This document shows positions 1 through 7,792 of a DNA stretch of 32,000 nt, in pieces (within the stretch, counting starts at the first letter, position 1; each line of letters starts with the position of its first letter). This stretch comes from an uncultured Methanosarcinales archaeon. Its GTDB lineage: Archaea > Nanobdellota > Nanobdellia > Woesearchaeales > JAHJBD01. The notes under the pieces were generated by a model. That model saw only the letters and a list, made by a program, of their open reading frames with translations, had not been told where the DNA came from and ran no database searches. The translations under genes and the position numbers were made by a program. The DNA lies in contig CAZHRT010000010.1 of NCBI GenBank assembly GCA_964534665.1, positions 1-32,000 of the forward strand, given 5' to 3'.

Positions 1-1072
1 GTGTGCTGATGATTCCTACAACTGCTATCAATGTTAAAGGTGTTTGTCCTGCTAATACGCTAATTGTCCATTTAAAGAATCCAAGAATAGAAAACCATTC
101 AAAAAAGAATTTTAAGACCAATGGACTGAAATATATGCCTTTAGCTAAAAAATATTTTGTATAGCCATCAACTACTTGGTAAATTGTAAAGCTACCCATT
201 ATCACTGCTTGTACATAATTAAATAAAAATAATGGTAAAGTATAAATGTCGATTATAGCAGTATTTATTTTCAAGTGTTTCTTGAAGATGTCAATTATGC
301 CCCTTGCAAACCTTGTACGCTGTCTAAGAACACCTTTGGGCTTGTAAGGCATGTTTGTTTCAGCTATTGCTTTTGAAGAAAAACCAATTTTATAACCTTT
401 TCTAATCAGTCTAATGGTAATATCAATATCTTCTGAAAAGCCCTTAACACTAAAACCCCCTACCCCTAGAAGTTCTTTTTTTCTATAAACGCCTAATGGT
501 CCAGGAGTTACAATATTTGCATTAAGTTTTGAAAATATTTGTCTAATTAAAGAATTATATAATTGTTCAAGATCAAACCACATACAAATAAAGCGTTTTC
601 TGTTTTTAACCTTAATAACACAGGAAGCTGCAGCAACATTCTTTCTTTCAACTTCTTTAGTAGTATAGATTAATGCGTCTTCACTTATAACGCTGTCACC
701 ATCAACAATTGCTATTAATTCTCCTTTAGAAACAGATATTGCTTGATTAATTGAAGCTGATTTTCCTGTATGTGGTGTTTTGATTAGCTTAACTTCTGGA
801 AATTTTAATGCAATCTCTGAGGTTTTATCCTTACTACCATCATCTACAACAATAATCTCTTTTTCACCGTGAAATCTAGCTTTAATTACAGATTTTATAC
901 ATTGAGCGATATAACGTTCTTCGTTATGTGCTGGAATAATCACAGATATAGAATTAAATTTTCTTACTAGTTTAGGTTTCTTTTTTTTAATGAATAATAA
1001 AACATAATAAGAAAGAACAACAATAAAAAAAACTATTGTAATTATATTTGGAATACTTTCAAGAAGACTCAT
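1..1072 (-). CDS. Membrane glycosyltransferase family 2 (processive polysaccharide synthase-like), truncated at the window edge
   Basis: Not in the ORF track. Translating the minus strand from the ATG at 1072 gives MSLLESIPNIITIVFFIVVLSYYVLLF...SVIIPAHNEERYIAQCIKSV...IIVVDDGSKDKTSEI...GKSASINQAIS...IAIVDGDSV...GFSEDIDITIRL...RQRTRFARG, followed by transmembrane segments. The frame is open to position 1. Confidence 0.85.
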   Translation of the reverse strand, partial: MSLLESIPNIITIVFFIVVLSYYVLLFIKKKKPKLVRKFNSISVIIPAHNEERYIAQCIKSVIKARFHGEKEIIVVDDGSKDKTSEIALKFPEVKLIKTPHTGKSASINQAISVSKGELIAIVDGDSVISEDALIYTTKEVERKNVAAASCVIKVKNRKRFICMWFDLEQLYNSLIRQIFSKLNANIVTPGPLGVYRKKELLGVGGFSVKGFSEDIDITIRLIRKGYKIGFSSKAIAETNMPYKPKGVLRQRTRFARGIIDIFKKHLKINTAIIDIYTLPLFLFNYVQAVIMGSFTIYQVVDGYTKYFLAKGIYFSPLVLKFFFEWFSILGFFKWTISVLAGQTPLTLIAVVGIIST

Positions 1073-2315
1073 TTTCTATTACGTCTGTATTAGCAATTTT
1101 TGGAGTACAGTACCAATGTAGCTTTTGATTAAGTGCAGCTTTAATAAATGCAATAGAATTTGAGACTGCCAAAACAAGCCCCATTGTAAATAAAGATAAA
1201 ATTAGGTGAAAAAATTCATTCATTTTCTTACGTTTGATAAGGGTTACTATCCCTGCAAACATAAATCCTGCTGTTAATAATATTCTTACCCAAAAGACTT
1301 GGAAATCTACAAGTGTAAAAAGTTTAAGTTCTCCGAGAAACCATCCTGCAAAACCAAATACAGTCATCAAAATAACAACTACTGTTGATGAATTTGATAA
1401 AGTTGTAAATAAAATAACCAGTTTTTGTTTAAATGAAAGTGCTTTACTAAAAAGTATAAGTTTAGCATTATCAAAAAATACTCTTGCATTACCATAACAC
1501 CATCTCTGCTGTTGTTTTAAGAAACTTTCAAATGTGTCTGGAACTTCGCTAGGTGTTTCATAATCAAGATAAACGCTTTTATAGCCTGCAACCAACAATT
1601 TAACACTTAACTCTGAATCTTCTGTAATACTTTTTGTGTTCCAGCCACCAACTTTATCGAATGCTGAACGCCTTAATGCTCCTGCTGTACCACAAAAGAA
1701 TACACAATTTATTTTATCGTTAATTGGTAAAACAATTGTATGGTATATCATTAAAAGATATGATGCAAATCTTGAAATGTTATTTGTTTTGGCATTATAA
1801 AATCCTTGCCTAGTCTGAACAATAGCAACTTTTTTGTCTGAGAATGGTTTAATAATGGTTTTAAGATAATCTTTTTTAGGAATCCAATCAGCATCAAAAA
1901 CAGTAATTATTTCACCTTTTGTAATATCCATTGCATTATTCAATGCACCTGGTTTAAACCCTTCCCGATTATCCCTATGTATATATTTGATGAAATTAGG
2001 ATTATCATCTGCGAATTTTTTAAGAAGTGATTGGGTTTTTTTATCAGTACTATCATCAACAATAACAATCTCATATTTATTCTTAGGATAATCAAATTGC
2101 ATACATTTTTTTATGCATCTAGCACCAATTGGATCATTAAATGTAGGGACTTGAACTGAAATAAAAGGAAGTGACTTTAATGGTTTAAATGCCCTTTCTT
2201 TTTTACGATCAACTGCAAGATTAATAATTGTTAATATAAAAAACAAAGCTGAAAAGAAAACAACAGGGAATAATGCAATATTATACATTAATATTGATAA
2301 CTCGTATGAACTCAT
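1059..2315 (-). CDS. Membrane glycosyltransferase family 2, cellulose-synthase/poly-GlcNAc-synthase-like
   Basis: GT2 motifs: VQVPTFND, IVIVDDSTD, FDADWIP, TEDSELSVKL and the QQQRW motif, with N- and C-terminal hydrophobic helices. Its 3' end overlaps the start of the preceding GT2 gene by 14 nt. Confidence 0.9.
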   Translation of the reverse strand: MSSYELSILMYNIALFPVVFFSALFFILTIINLAVDRKKERAFKPLKSLPFISVQVPTFNDPIGARCIKKCMQFDYPKNKYEIVIVDDSTDKKTQSLLKKFADDNPNFIKYIHRDNREGFKPGALNNAMDITKGEIITVFDADWIPKKDYLKTIIKPFSDKKVAIVQTRQGFYNAKTNNISRFASYLLMIYHTIVLPINDKINCVFFCGTAGALRRSAFDKVGGWNTKSITEDSELSVKLLVAGYKSVYLDYETPSEVPDTFESFLKQQQRWCYGNARVFFDNAKLILFSKALSFKQKLVILFTTLSNSSTVVVILMTVFGFAGWFLGELKLFTLVDFQVFWVRILLTAGFMFAGIVTLIKRKKMNEFFHLILSLFTMGLVLAVSNSIAFIKAALNQKLHWYCTPKIANTDVIENESS

Positions 2316-3004
2316 ATTGCTTCACCAGCACTAAATAGTTTTTGTATAATCATTCTTCTAAAAGGGGTGTAAGCAGGTATGCCTTCCATTTTTTGGTTAG
2401 GTAAACCTTCTGAAACTAAAAATAGCTTCTGTTTAACACCGATTATGTTTAATCTTTTCATTTCTAACATATCTTGATTTATTTGATCAAAATTATTGTT
2501 TTGTATGCAACTATTCAATTTATCTTTTGAAAGATTATACTTTTGATGGTTTATCTCTTTTGTTTTCATTAAATCAAAAGAGATATTATAATAATTTTTT
2601 TGATCTAACATTGAAACACAAAATAACGTCTTAGTAAAGATAAAACGCGAATTTCTTGTTTCAACGTCTTTATTGGTAATATAATATTTCTGATAATAAT
2701 TAATTTTTCCTGAATTTATAAATTCTTCCTTTATTTGAGGCATTATCCCCTCTATAAAGTTTTTTGTTTCTTCTGACCCTATATCTAGATAGCTAATTAA
2801 TGTTACGGGAGCATCTTGATTACCTAAAAAACTAAAGAATTTTGTTGAAGGGATATCATCTTTAATCAAACCCCCAAAATCAAGAGTTTCTAATTGTTTC
2901 TTAAATTCAGGATTTTTATCAATTTCTCTTTGATATAAAGTATTTGCAGAAATAATAACAAATGTGATTATAAATATTAATAGTAAGATATTTGTTATTT
3001 TCAT
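2312..3004 (-). CDS. Membrane-anchored DsbA-like thioredoxin-fold protein lacking the CxxC motif
   Basis: N-terminal TM helix, then GNQDAPVTLISYLDIGSEETKNFI, which lines up with the DsbA/Thioredoxin_4 pattern (D-A-P-V-T-I-x-E-F-x-D-F-x-C-P-x-C). A C-terminal GVKQKLFLV..GLPNQKMEGIPAYTPFRRMI resembles the GTPTFxING...GxxPYxxF segment. Confidence 0.55.
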   Translation of the reverse strand: MKITNILLLIFIITFVIISANTLYQREIDKNPEFKKQLETLDFGGLIKDDIPSTKFFSFLGNQDAPVTLISYLDIGSEETKNFIEGIMPQIKEEFINSGKINYYQKYYITNKDVETRNSRFIFTKTLFCVSMLDQKNYYNISFDLMKTKEINHQKYNLSKDKLNSCIQNNNFDQINQDMLEMKRLNIIGVKQKLFLVSEGLPNQKMEGIPAYTPFRRMIIQKLFSAGEAI

Positions 3005-3006
3005 TC

Positions 3007-3522
3007 TCAGTCTCTTTGTTTAATTGAATCTTTAGAGATTTTATGGGATTTATGCATTTTCATTCCAATAGAGAAAATAAAAATGGACCATATCAAAAGA
3101 GATATTGCTATATATGGAACAAAAGAAAATAAGAGCAAAGGATATGTAGAGTAAAGCATTATCTTTAATAATTCTGTATATTTAAGTTTTTTATAAAAAA
3201 TCTTAATTATTGTGCTAATAATGAACATTAGGAATGTTCCAACCATTAAATAAGAGAAAATCAATGAAAAAGATTCTACCATACGATAATTAATTATAAC
3301 TGCATAATCAACTTCTAAGGTTCTAGTTAAATCAAAGAATAATGTTCTTCCTAATGAGAATAATAAATTAACTGCTCCGGCAACAAATGCAATTACTAAT
3401 AATAGTCGTAGATAAGCGCCTACAACATATTCTAAGGTTTTCTTATTTAGAAAAATAAAGCCTTTTTCAGGATTCTTAAGTAATTGAATTCCTTCAGTGA
3501 TATATGTTTTAATTGATGTCAT
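3007..3522 (-). CDS. Yip1-domain-like multispanning membrane protein
   Basis: Four to five predicted hydrophobic segments, with an N-terminal 'NPEKGFIFLNKK' and central organisation typical of Yip1-family proteins. Confidence 0.5.
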   Translation of the reverse strand: MTSIKTYITEGIQLLKNPEKGFIFLNKKTLEYVVGAYLRLLLVIAFVAGAVNLLFSLGRTLFFDLTRTLEVDYAVIINYRMVESFSLIFSYLMVGTFLMFIISTIIKIFYKKLKYTELLKIMLYSTYPLLLFSFVPYIAISLLIWSIFIFSIGMKMHKSHKISKDSIKQRD

Positions 3523-3620
3523 TTTAAGTACCTAATTTATATTCTAAAGAGTGCTAGTTGCATTTATAAAGGTTATTGAACAACGAGAAAATCTTAATCT
3601 ATAAAATAAAGATTTTCTGG

Positions 3621-3649
3621 TGTTAATAAAGTATAGGACTTTATTAACA
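3621..3649. promoter_or_regulatory. Perfect 12-bp inverted repeat with a 5-nt spacer just upstream of the radB TATA box
   Basis: TGTTAATAAAGT (3621-3632), ATAGG, ACTTTATTAACA (3638-3649). The TATA-like TTATATAAAA lies at about 3658-3667 and the radB ATG at 3688. Confidence 0.6.
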
Positions 3650-3687
3650 AGGACAAATTATATAAAAAATCAAGTATTACTAGATAT

Positions 3688-4371
3688 ATGAACAAAATTC
3701 TATCAACTGGCTCAAACATTATTAATAATCTTCTTAATGGGGGATATGAAACAGATATAATAACTACAGTTTATGGTCCTGCTGCTTCTGGTAAAACATT
3801 ATTATGTTTATTATCTGCTGTAGAGGTTGCTCGTGCTAATAAAAAAGTGATATATATCGATACAGAAGGGGGATTTTCTGTTGAAAGATTAAAACAAGTA
3901 GCTCAAGATTATGAGAAAATTGTTAATAACATAGTGTTTTTTAGGCCTACAAACTTTAAAGAACAAAAGGGTGCTTTTGAAAAACTTAAAGATGCTATTA
4001 ATGATAATGTTGGATTGATTATTGTAGATAGTATAGGTATGTTATACAGGATTGAGTTGGGTAAAAGTAAAGATGTTTATGATGTTAACAAAGATTTGGG
4101 GCTTCAAATATCATTTTTAACAGAAATTGCTAGAAAAAAGAATATTCCAATACTTATCACAAATCATGTTTATGCTGATTTTGATAATAAGAACAATGTA
4201 AAGATGGTTGGGGGCGACCTATTAAAATATGGATCAAAGTGCCTTATTGAACTTAAAAAAATGCATACTGATAAACGTGCAGCAATCGTTAAAAGGCATA
4301 GAAGTATTGAGCCTGAAAGAAATGTATTATTTAGAATAGTAGAAAAGGGTATTGATAAAAGTAACGATTAA
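3688..4371 (+). CDS. radB: RadB-type RecA-family recombination protein
   Basis: Short RecA-fold protein with no N-terminal HhH domain. Walker A GPAASGKT; Walker B-like VGLIIVDSIG; the C-terminal layout 'NVKMVGGDLLKYGSKCLIEL' is typical of archaeal RadB. Confidence 0.88.
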   Translation: MNKILSTGSNIINNLLNGGYETDIITTVYGPAASGKTLLCLLSAVEVARANKKVIYIDTEGGFSVERLKQVAQDYEKIVNNIVFFRPTNFKEQKGAFEKLKDAINDNVGLIIVDSIGMLYRIELGKSKDVYDVNKDLGLQISFLTEIARKKNIPILITNHVYADFDNKNNVKMVGGDLLKYGSKCLIELKKMHTDKRAAIVKRHRSIEPERNVLFRIVEKGIDKSND

Positions 4372-4407
4372 GAAGCTTTTTAAATGCAACAAATATTCAC
4401 TGAATAA

Positions 4408-5931
4408 ATGGGAACTGAATTTAAAGAAAGGAAAAAAGCCTTAACTGATAAAGAAGGGGTTAAGAAACAGCATGCAAAAGGTAAATTAACTGCTCAAGAA
4501 AGAATTGATCTTCTTTTAGATGATGATTCGTTTACTGAACTTGGTGGTTTTGCTGAATTACAAAGCCATGATTTTAATCTTAAAGAAAAAAGTAGGGCTA
4601 GAGATGGTGTAATAACAGGATATGGTACTATTGGAGGCAATCCAATTTATGTTTATGCACAAGATTTTACTTTTATGGGTGGATCAATGGGTGAGATGCA
4701 TAATCATAAAATTGCTGAACTCATGGATACTGCACTTAAAACCGGTGCACCAATTGTTGGTTTACTTGATTCTGGTGGTGCAAGGATTCAAGAAGGGATT
4801 AATGGTTTAGATGGTGGTGGTAAAATCTTCTTAAGAAATACACTAGCTTCTGGTATTATTCCACAAATTAGTGCGATTATGGGGCCTTGTGCAGGAATTG
4901 CTGTATATTCACCAGCTATTACTGATTTTATTTTTATGATTGATAAAACAAGTAATATGTTTATTACTGGTCCAGATGTTATAAAATCTGTTACTGGAGA
5001 AACAATAAGTTTTGATGATTTAGGTGGTCAAAACGCACATTCAAGAAAAAGCGGAGTATGTCATTTTGAGACTGGAAGCGAAAAAGAGTGTATATTAAAA
5101 ATTAAGAAATTGTTAAGTTACCTGCCACAAAATAACATGGCTAATCCTCCATTAAAAAATACTGGAGATAACACAAAAAGGTTAAATAATAATCTTAAAG
5201 ATATTGTACCAAATGATTCAAAGAAATCTTATGATGTTAGAGATGTTTTAAAAGAAGTTTTTGATAAGAATTCATTTTTTGAAGTTCAAGAAAACTATGC
5301 ACAAAATATTGTAATAGGATTTGCAAGATTAAATAATAATGTTGTTGGTTTAGTTGCTAACCAACCTTGTGTTTTAGCAGGGTGTTTAGACATTAATTCA
5401 TCTGATAAGATTGCACGTTTTGTAAGATCTTGTGATAGTTTTAATATTCCTTTAATTAATATGGTAGACGTAACTGGATTTTTACCAGGAACAGACCAAG
5501 AACACAAGGGAATAATTAGGCATGGTGCAAAGATATTATATGCATATTCTGAAGCAACCGTTCCAAAAATATCATTAGTTATGAGAAAAGCATATGGTGG
5601 GGCGTACATAGCTCTTGTTTCAAAAGATATGGGTTATGACAAAGTAATTGCTTGGCCAGATGCTGAGATTGCGGTAATGGGTGCTGAACAAGCTGTTAAT
5701 ATAATTAATAGAAAAGAATTACTAGGAAAAGATGCTGATAAAATCAGAAAAGAAAAAGTTAAAGAATATTCAGAGAAATTCTTAAATCCATATGTTGCAG
5801 CAGAACAAAATAAAGTAGATATAATTATTGATCCAAGTGAAACAAGAAAAACACTTATTTCTGTATTAGATATGTTGATGAATAAGAGGGTAAGAAGACC
5901 TTCAAAAAAACACGGCAGTATACCATTATAA
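4408..5931 (+). CDS. Acyl-CoA (acetyl/propionyl-CoA) carboxylase, carboxyltransferase subunit
   Basis: PccB/MmdA-type: GGFAELQSHDFNL.., RDGVITGYGTIGG..VYVYAQDFTFMGGSMGEMHNHKI, LLDSGGARIQEG, MGPCAGIAVYSPA, GFLPGTDQEHKGIIRHGAKILYAY, RKAYGGAY, IAVMGAEQAVNII. Confidence 0.95.
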   Translation: MGTEFKERKKALTDKEGVKKQHAKGKLTAQERIDLLLDDDSFTELGGFAELQSHDFNLKEKSRARDGVITGYGTIGGNPIYVYAQDFTFMGGSMGEMHNHKIAELMDTALKTGAPIVGLLDSGGARIQEGINGLDGGGKIFLRNTLASGIIPQISAIMGPCAGIAVYSPAITDFIFMIDKTSNMFITGPDVIKSVTGETISFDDLGGQNAHSRKSGVCHFETGSEKECILKIKKLLSYLPQNNMANPPLKNTGDNTKRLNNNLKDIVPNDSKKSYDVRDVLKEVFDKNSFFEVQENYAQNIVIGFARLNNNVVGLVANQPCVLAGCLDINSSDKIARFVRSCDSFNIPLINMVDVTGFLPGTDQEHKGIIRHGAKILYAYSEATVPKISLVMRKAYGGAYIALVSKDMGYDKVIAWPDAEIAVMGAEQAVNIINRKELLGKDADKIRKEKVKEYSEKFLNPYVAAEQNKVDIIIDPSETRKTLISVLDMLMNKRVRRPSKKHGSIPL

Positions 5932-5932
5932 A

Positions 5933-6313
5933 ATGGAAGAAATAAAAGTAAATATTGATGGTGAAGAGCATAGTGTCCAAGTTGAAGAGTTAGAAGATGG
6001 TAAATTAAGGGTTATGCTTGAGGGTTCTGTTTTTGATATTGAAACAAAACAAGATATTAAAGAAGAAATTATTGAAGAAAAGTCTAAAAAAGGTGAAGAA
6101 GAAGGAGTTGTTGTTGCACCTTTGCCTGGAACAGTGGCATCTATTTCTAAAAAAGTTGGTGATAAAGTTAAGAAAGGAACTTCAATACTAAAATTAGTTG
6201 CCATGAAGATGGAAAACGACATAAAATCTAATAAAGATGGTGTTATTAAAGAAATTAAGATTAAAAAGAATGATACTGTTAATAAGGGAGATATTTTAGT
6301 AATAGTAGATTAA
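5933..6313 (+). CDS. Biotin carboxyl carrier protein of the acyl-CoA carboxylase
   Basis: C-terminal biotinyl domain: VVAPLPGTVASISKKVGDKVKKGTSILKLVAMKMENDIKSNKDGVIKEI, with the AMKM biotinylation motif. It begins next to the carboxyltransferase stop codon. Confidence 0.95.
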   Translation: MEEIKVNIDGEEHSVQVEELEDGKLRVMLEGSVFDIETKQDIKEEIIEEKSKKGEEEGVVVAPLPGTVASISKKVGDKVKKGTSILKLVAMKMENDIKSNKDGVIKEIKIKKNDTVNKGDILVIVD

Positions 6314-6456
6314 GATGCTTCTAAACTTGGTTGTTGTACTTTGATTTTAACCCCATTTCTTTGAAGTTGAGCTATAAGTCTCTTATTTTCTTTTGTAATA
6401 GCTTCTTCTTGAAAATGATAAATCATCTCATTTAGTTCTTCAATCTCTTCCATCAT
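6310..6456 (-). CDS. Possible 48-aa small protein (not in the ORF track)
   Basis: Minus-strand frame: MMEEIEELNEMIYHFQEEAITKENKRLIAQLQRNGVKIKVQQPSLEAS*. Charged, helix-rich composition, located just downstream of the 6453..6680 membrane-protein gene, with its stop overlapping the BCCP stop. Confidence 0.4.
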   Translation of the reverse strand: MMEEIEELNEMIYHFQEEAITKENKRLIAQLQRNGVKIKVQQPSLEAS

Positions 6457-6680
6457 TTTCCCCTCGTATTACTTCCTAATAGAATTCCTGATAACACATT
6501 AAGTGCCCATGCTTGAAAAACATTTATAAAATATAATTTTCCAAAAACAAAGTTCCATAACCACATAACTGGAAATGCTAGAATTAAGCCAACTATTGCG
6601 CTTAATACTACAATAAGAAGCATTGTGTAGAAAAGATCTACAATCTTTTTTAAGACTGGAACTCTTTTTAATATCCCCAT
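6453..6680 (-). CDS. Small membrane protein of unknown function with two to three TM segments
   Basis: 75 aa with hydrophobic stretches LFYTMLLIVVLSAIVGLILAFPVMWLWNF and INVFQAWALNVLSGILLG. Preferred over the overlapping frame 6499..6699. Confidence 0.5.
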   Translation of the reverse strand: MGILKRVPVLKKIVDLFYTMLLIVVLSAIVGLILAFPVMWLWNFVFGKLYFINVFQAWALNVLSGILLGSNTRGK

Positions 6681-6744
6681 GATTTATGTAAACACACACT
6701 TGTTTTTAAAGTTTTTGAAAAAAGATATAAATGAGTAGATATTA

Positions 6745-7137
6745 ATGGTTTTTATGAATATAACAAAGCACAGGGTTAGGTATGCAGACACTGATCATTT
6801 TGGGGTTGTGTATTATGCTCGTTATTTAGATTGGTTTGAAGCTGGTAGAACAGAAATTTTGCGTGATCAAGGAATTACATACGCCGATTTAGAAAAAAAA
6901 GGTATGTTTGCCCCTGTTGTTGAGATTAAAGTTGAATATAAGAAACCTGCTAAGTATGATGATGTAGTTGAATTAGAAACTACGATAGATAAGATAGGGA
7001 ATTCTAGTATTAAGTTTAATTATAAAGTATTTAATTCTAAAAAAGAATTGTTGTGTGAAGCGTATACAGTTAATGTGTTTATTGATAAAGATATGAAACC
7101 TGTAAGAATTCCAGATAATATTCGTGCTATTGAATAA
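6745..7137 (+). CDS. Acyl-CoA thioesterase, YbgC/4-hydroxybenzoyl-CoA thioesterase family (hotdog fold)
   Basis: VRYADTDHFGVVYYARYLDWFEAGRTEILRDQG is the signature of the YbgC/FadM-type thioesterases. The true start may be the internal ATG at 6754. Confidence 0.88.
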   Translation: MVFMNITKHRVRYADTDHFGVVYYARYLDWFEAGRTEILRDQGITYADLEKKGMFAPVVEIKVEYKKPAKYDDVVELETTIDKIGNSSIKFNYKVFNSKKELLCEAYTVNVFIDKDMKPVRIPDNIRAIE

Positions 7138-7792
7138 AAACATCCCCTTCAATAATTTTAATTTTCTTGTTGTCTTTTTTTATTATTAAGAATCCCTCAT
7201 TGTCTAGATTGTATGCAATACCTTCAAAGGTTTTGTTCATTGTTTTAACTTTTACTTTATCTCCGAGGAAAGAATATTTCTTCCAATCTTCAAAAATTTT
7301 CTTTTTATTTATCTTCTTTGTATAAGAATTAAGATTTTTAATTAATGATTTAAGGATATTTTCTTTGTTAATTTCTTTTTTTAAAATGGATTTTAAATTA
7401 GTTGATTTTGTATTTAGATGTAAAGGGGTTTTATTGTTTACATTAATTCCAATTCCCACAATAGTTTTATCTTCAAGGTTTGTAGTAAGGATACCGCAAA
7501 CTTTTTTCTTTTCATAATATAAATCATTTGGCCATTTGATAACTGTTTTTATTTTAGTTATTTCTTTTACTGCTTTATACGCTGCTAAACAGCCAATAAA
7601 AGTGTACAGTTGTGGTTGATCAATCTTAGGTAGAACTATTGATAAATAAATTCCCCCTTTATTAGAACTCCAGGTTCTCTTAAAGCGACCATGACCGTTA
7701 GCTTGGGTCTCAGCAATTAAAATAGAACCAATAGAATAATCTTTTGCTAAATCGTTTGTAGAACTAATTTGTTTAAATTTAAAAATTGTCAT
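7127..7792 (-). CDS. birA: Biotin--[acetyl-CoA-carboxylase] ligase without an HTH domain
   Basis: ISSTND, ANGHGRFKRTWSSNKGGIYLSIVLP, VIKWPNDLYYEKKKVCGILTT and IVGIGINVNN are biotin protein ligase catalytic motifs. Confidence 0.92.
   Translation of the reverse strand: MTIFKFKQISSTNDLAKDYSIGSILIAETQANGHGRFKRTWSSNKGGIYLSIVLPKIDQPQLYTFIGCLAAYKAVKEITKIKTVIKWPNDLYYEKKKVCGILTTNLEDKTIVGIGINVNNKTPLHLNTKSTNLKSILKKEINKENILKSLIKNLNSYTKKINKKKIFEDWKKYSFLGDKVKVKTMNKTFEGIAYNLDNEGFLIIKKDNKKIKIIEGDVFIQ

Noticed and set aside
4394-4406. TATTCACTGAATA inverted repeat before the carboxyltransferase gene
   Set aside because: Only 6-bp arms in AT-rich sequence, too short to distinguish from chance.
6180-6230. LVAMKM rather than LEAMKM at the biotinylation site
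   Set aside because: The core AMKM is intact and the preceding residue varies between BCCPs; noted but not counted as evidence of altered function.
6499-6699. 66-aa ORF overlapping the 6453..6680 small membrane protein
   Set aside because: Its translation looks like a frame shadow of the membrane-protein gene, which has coherent TM segments in the alternative frame.
7600-7700. GHGR in place of GRGR in the biotin ligase
   Set aside because: From memory, GHGR occurs in characterised archaeal biotin protein ligases, so it is not considered unusual.
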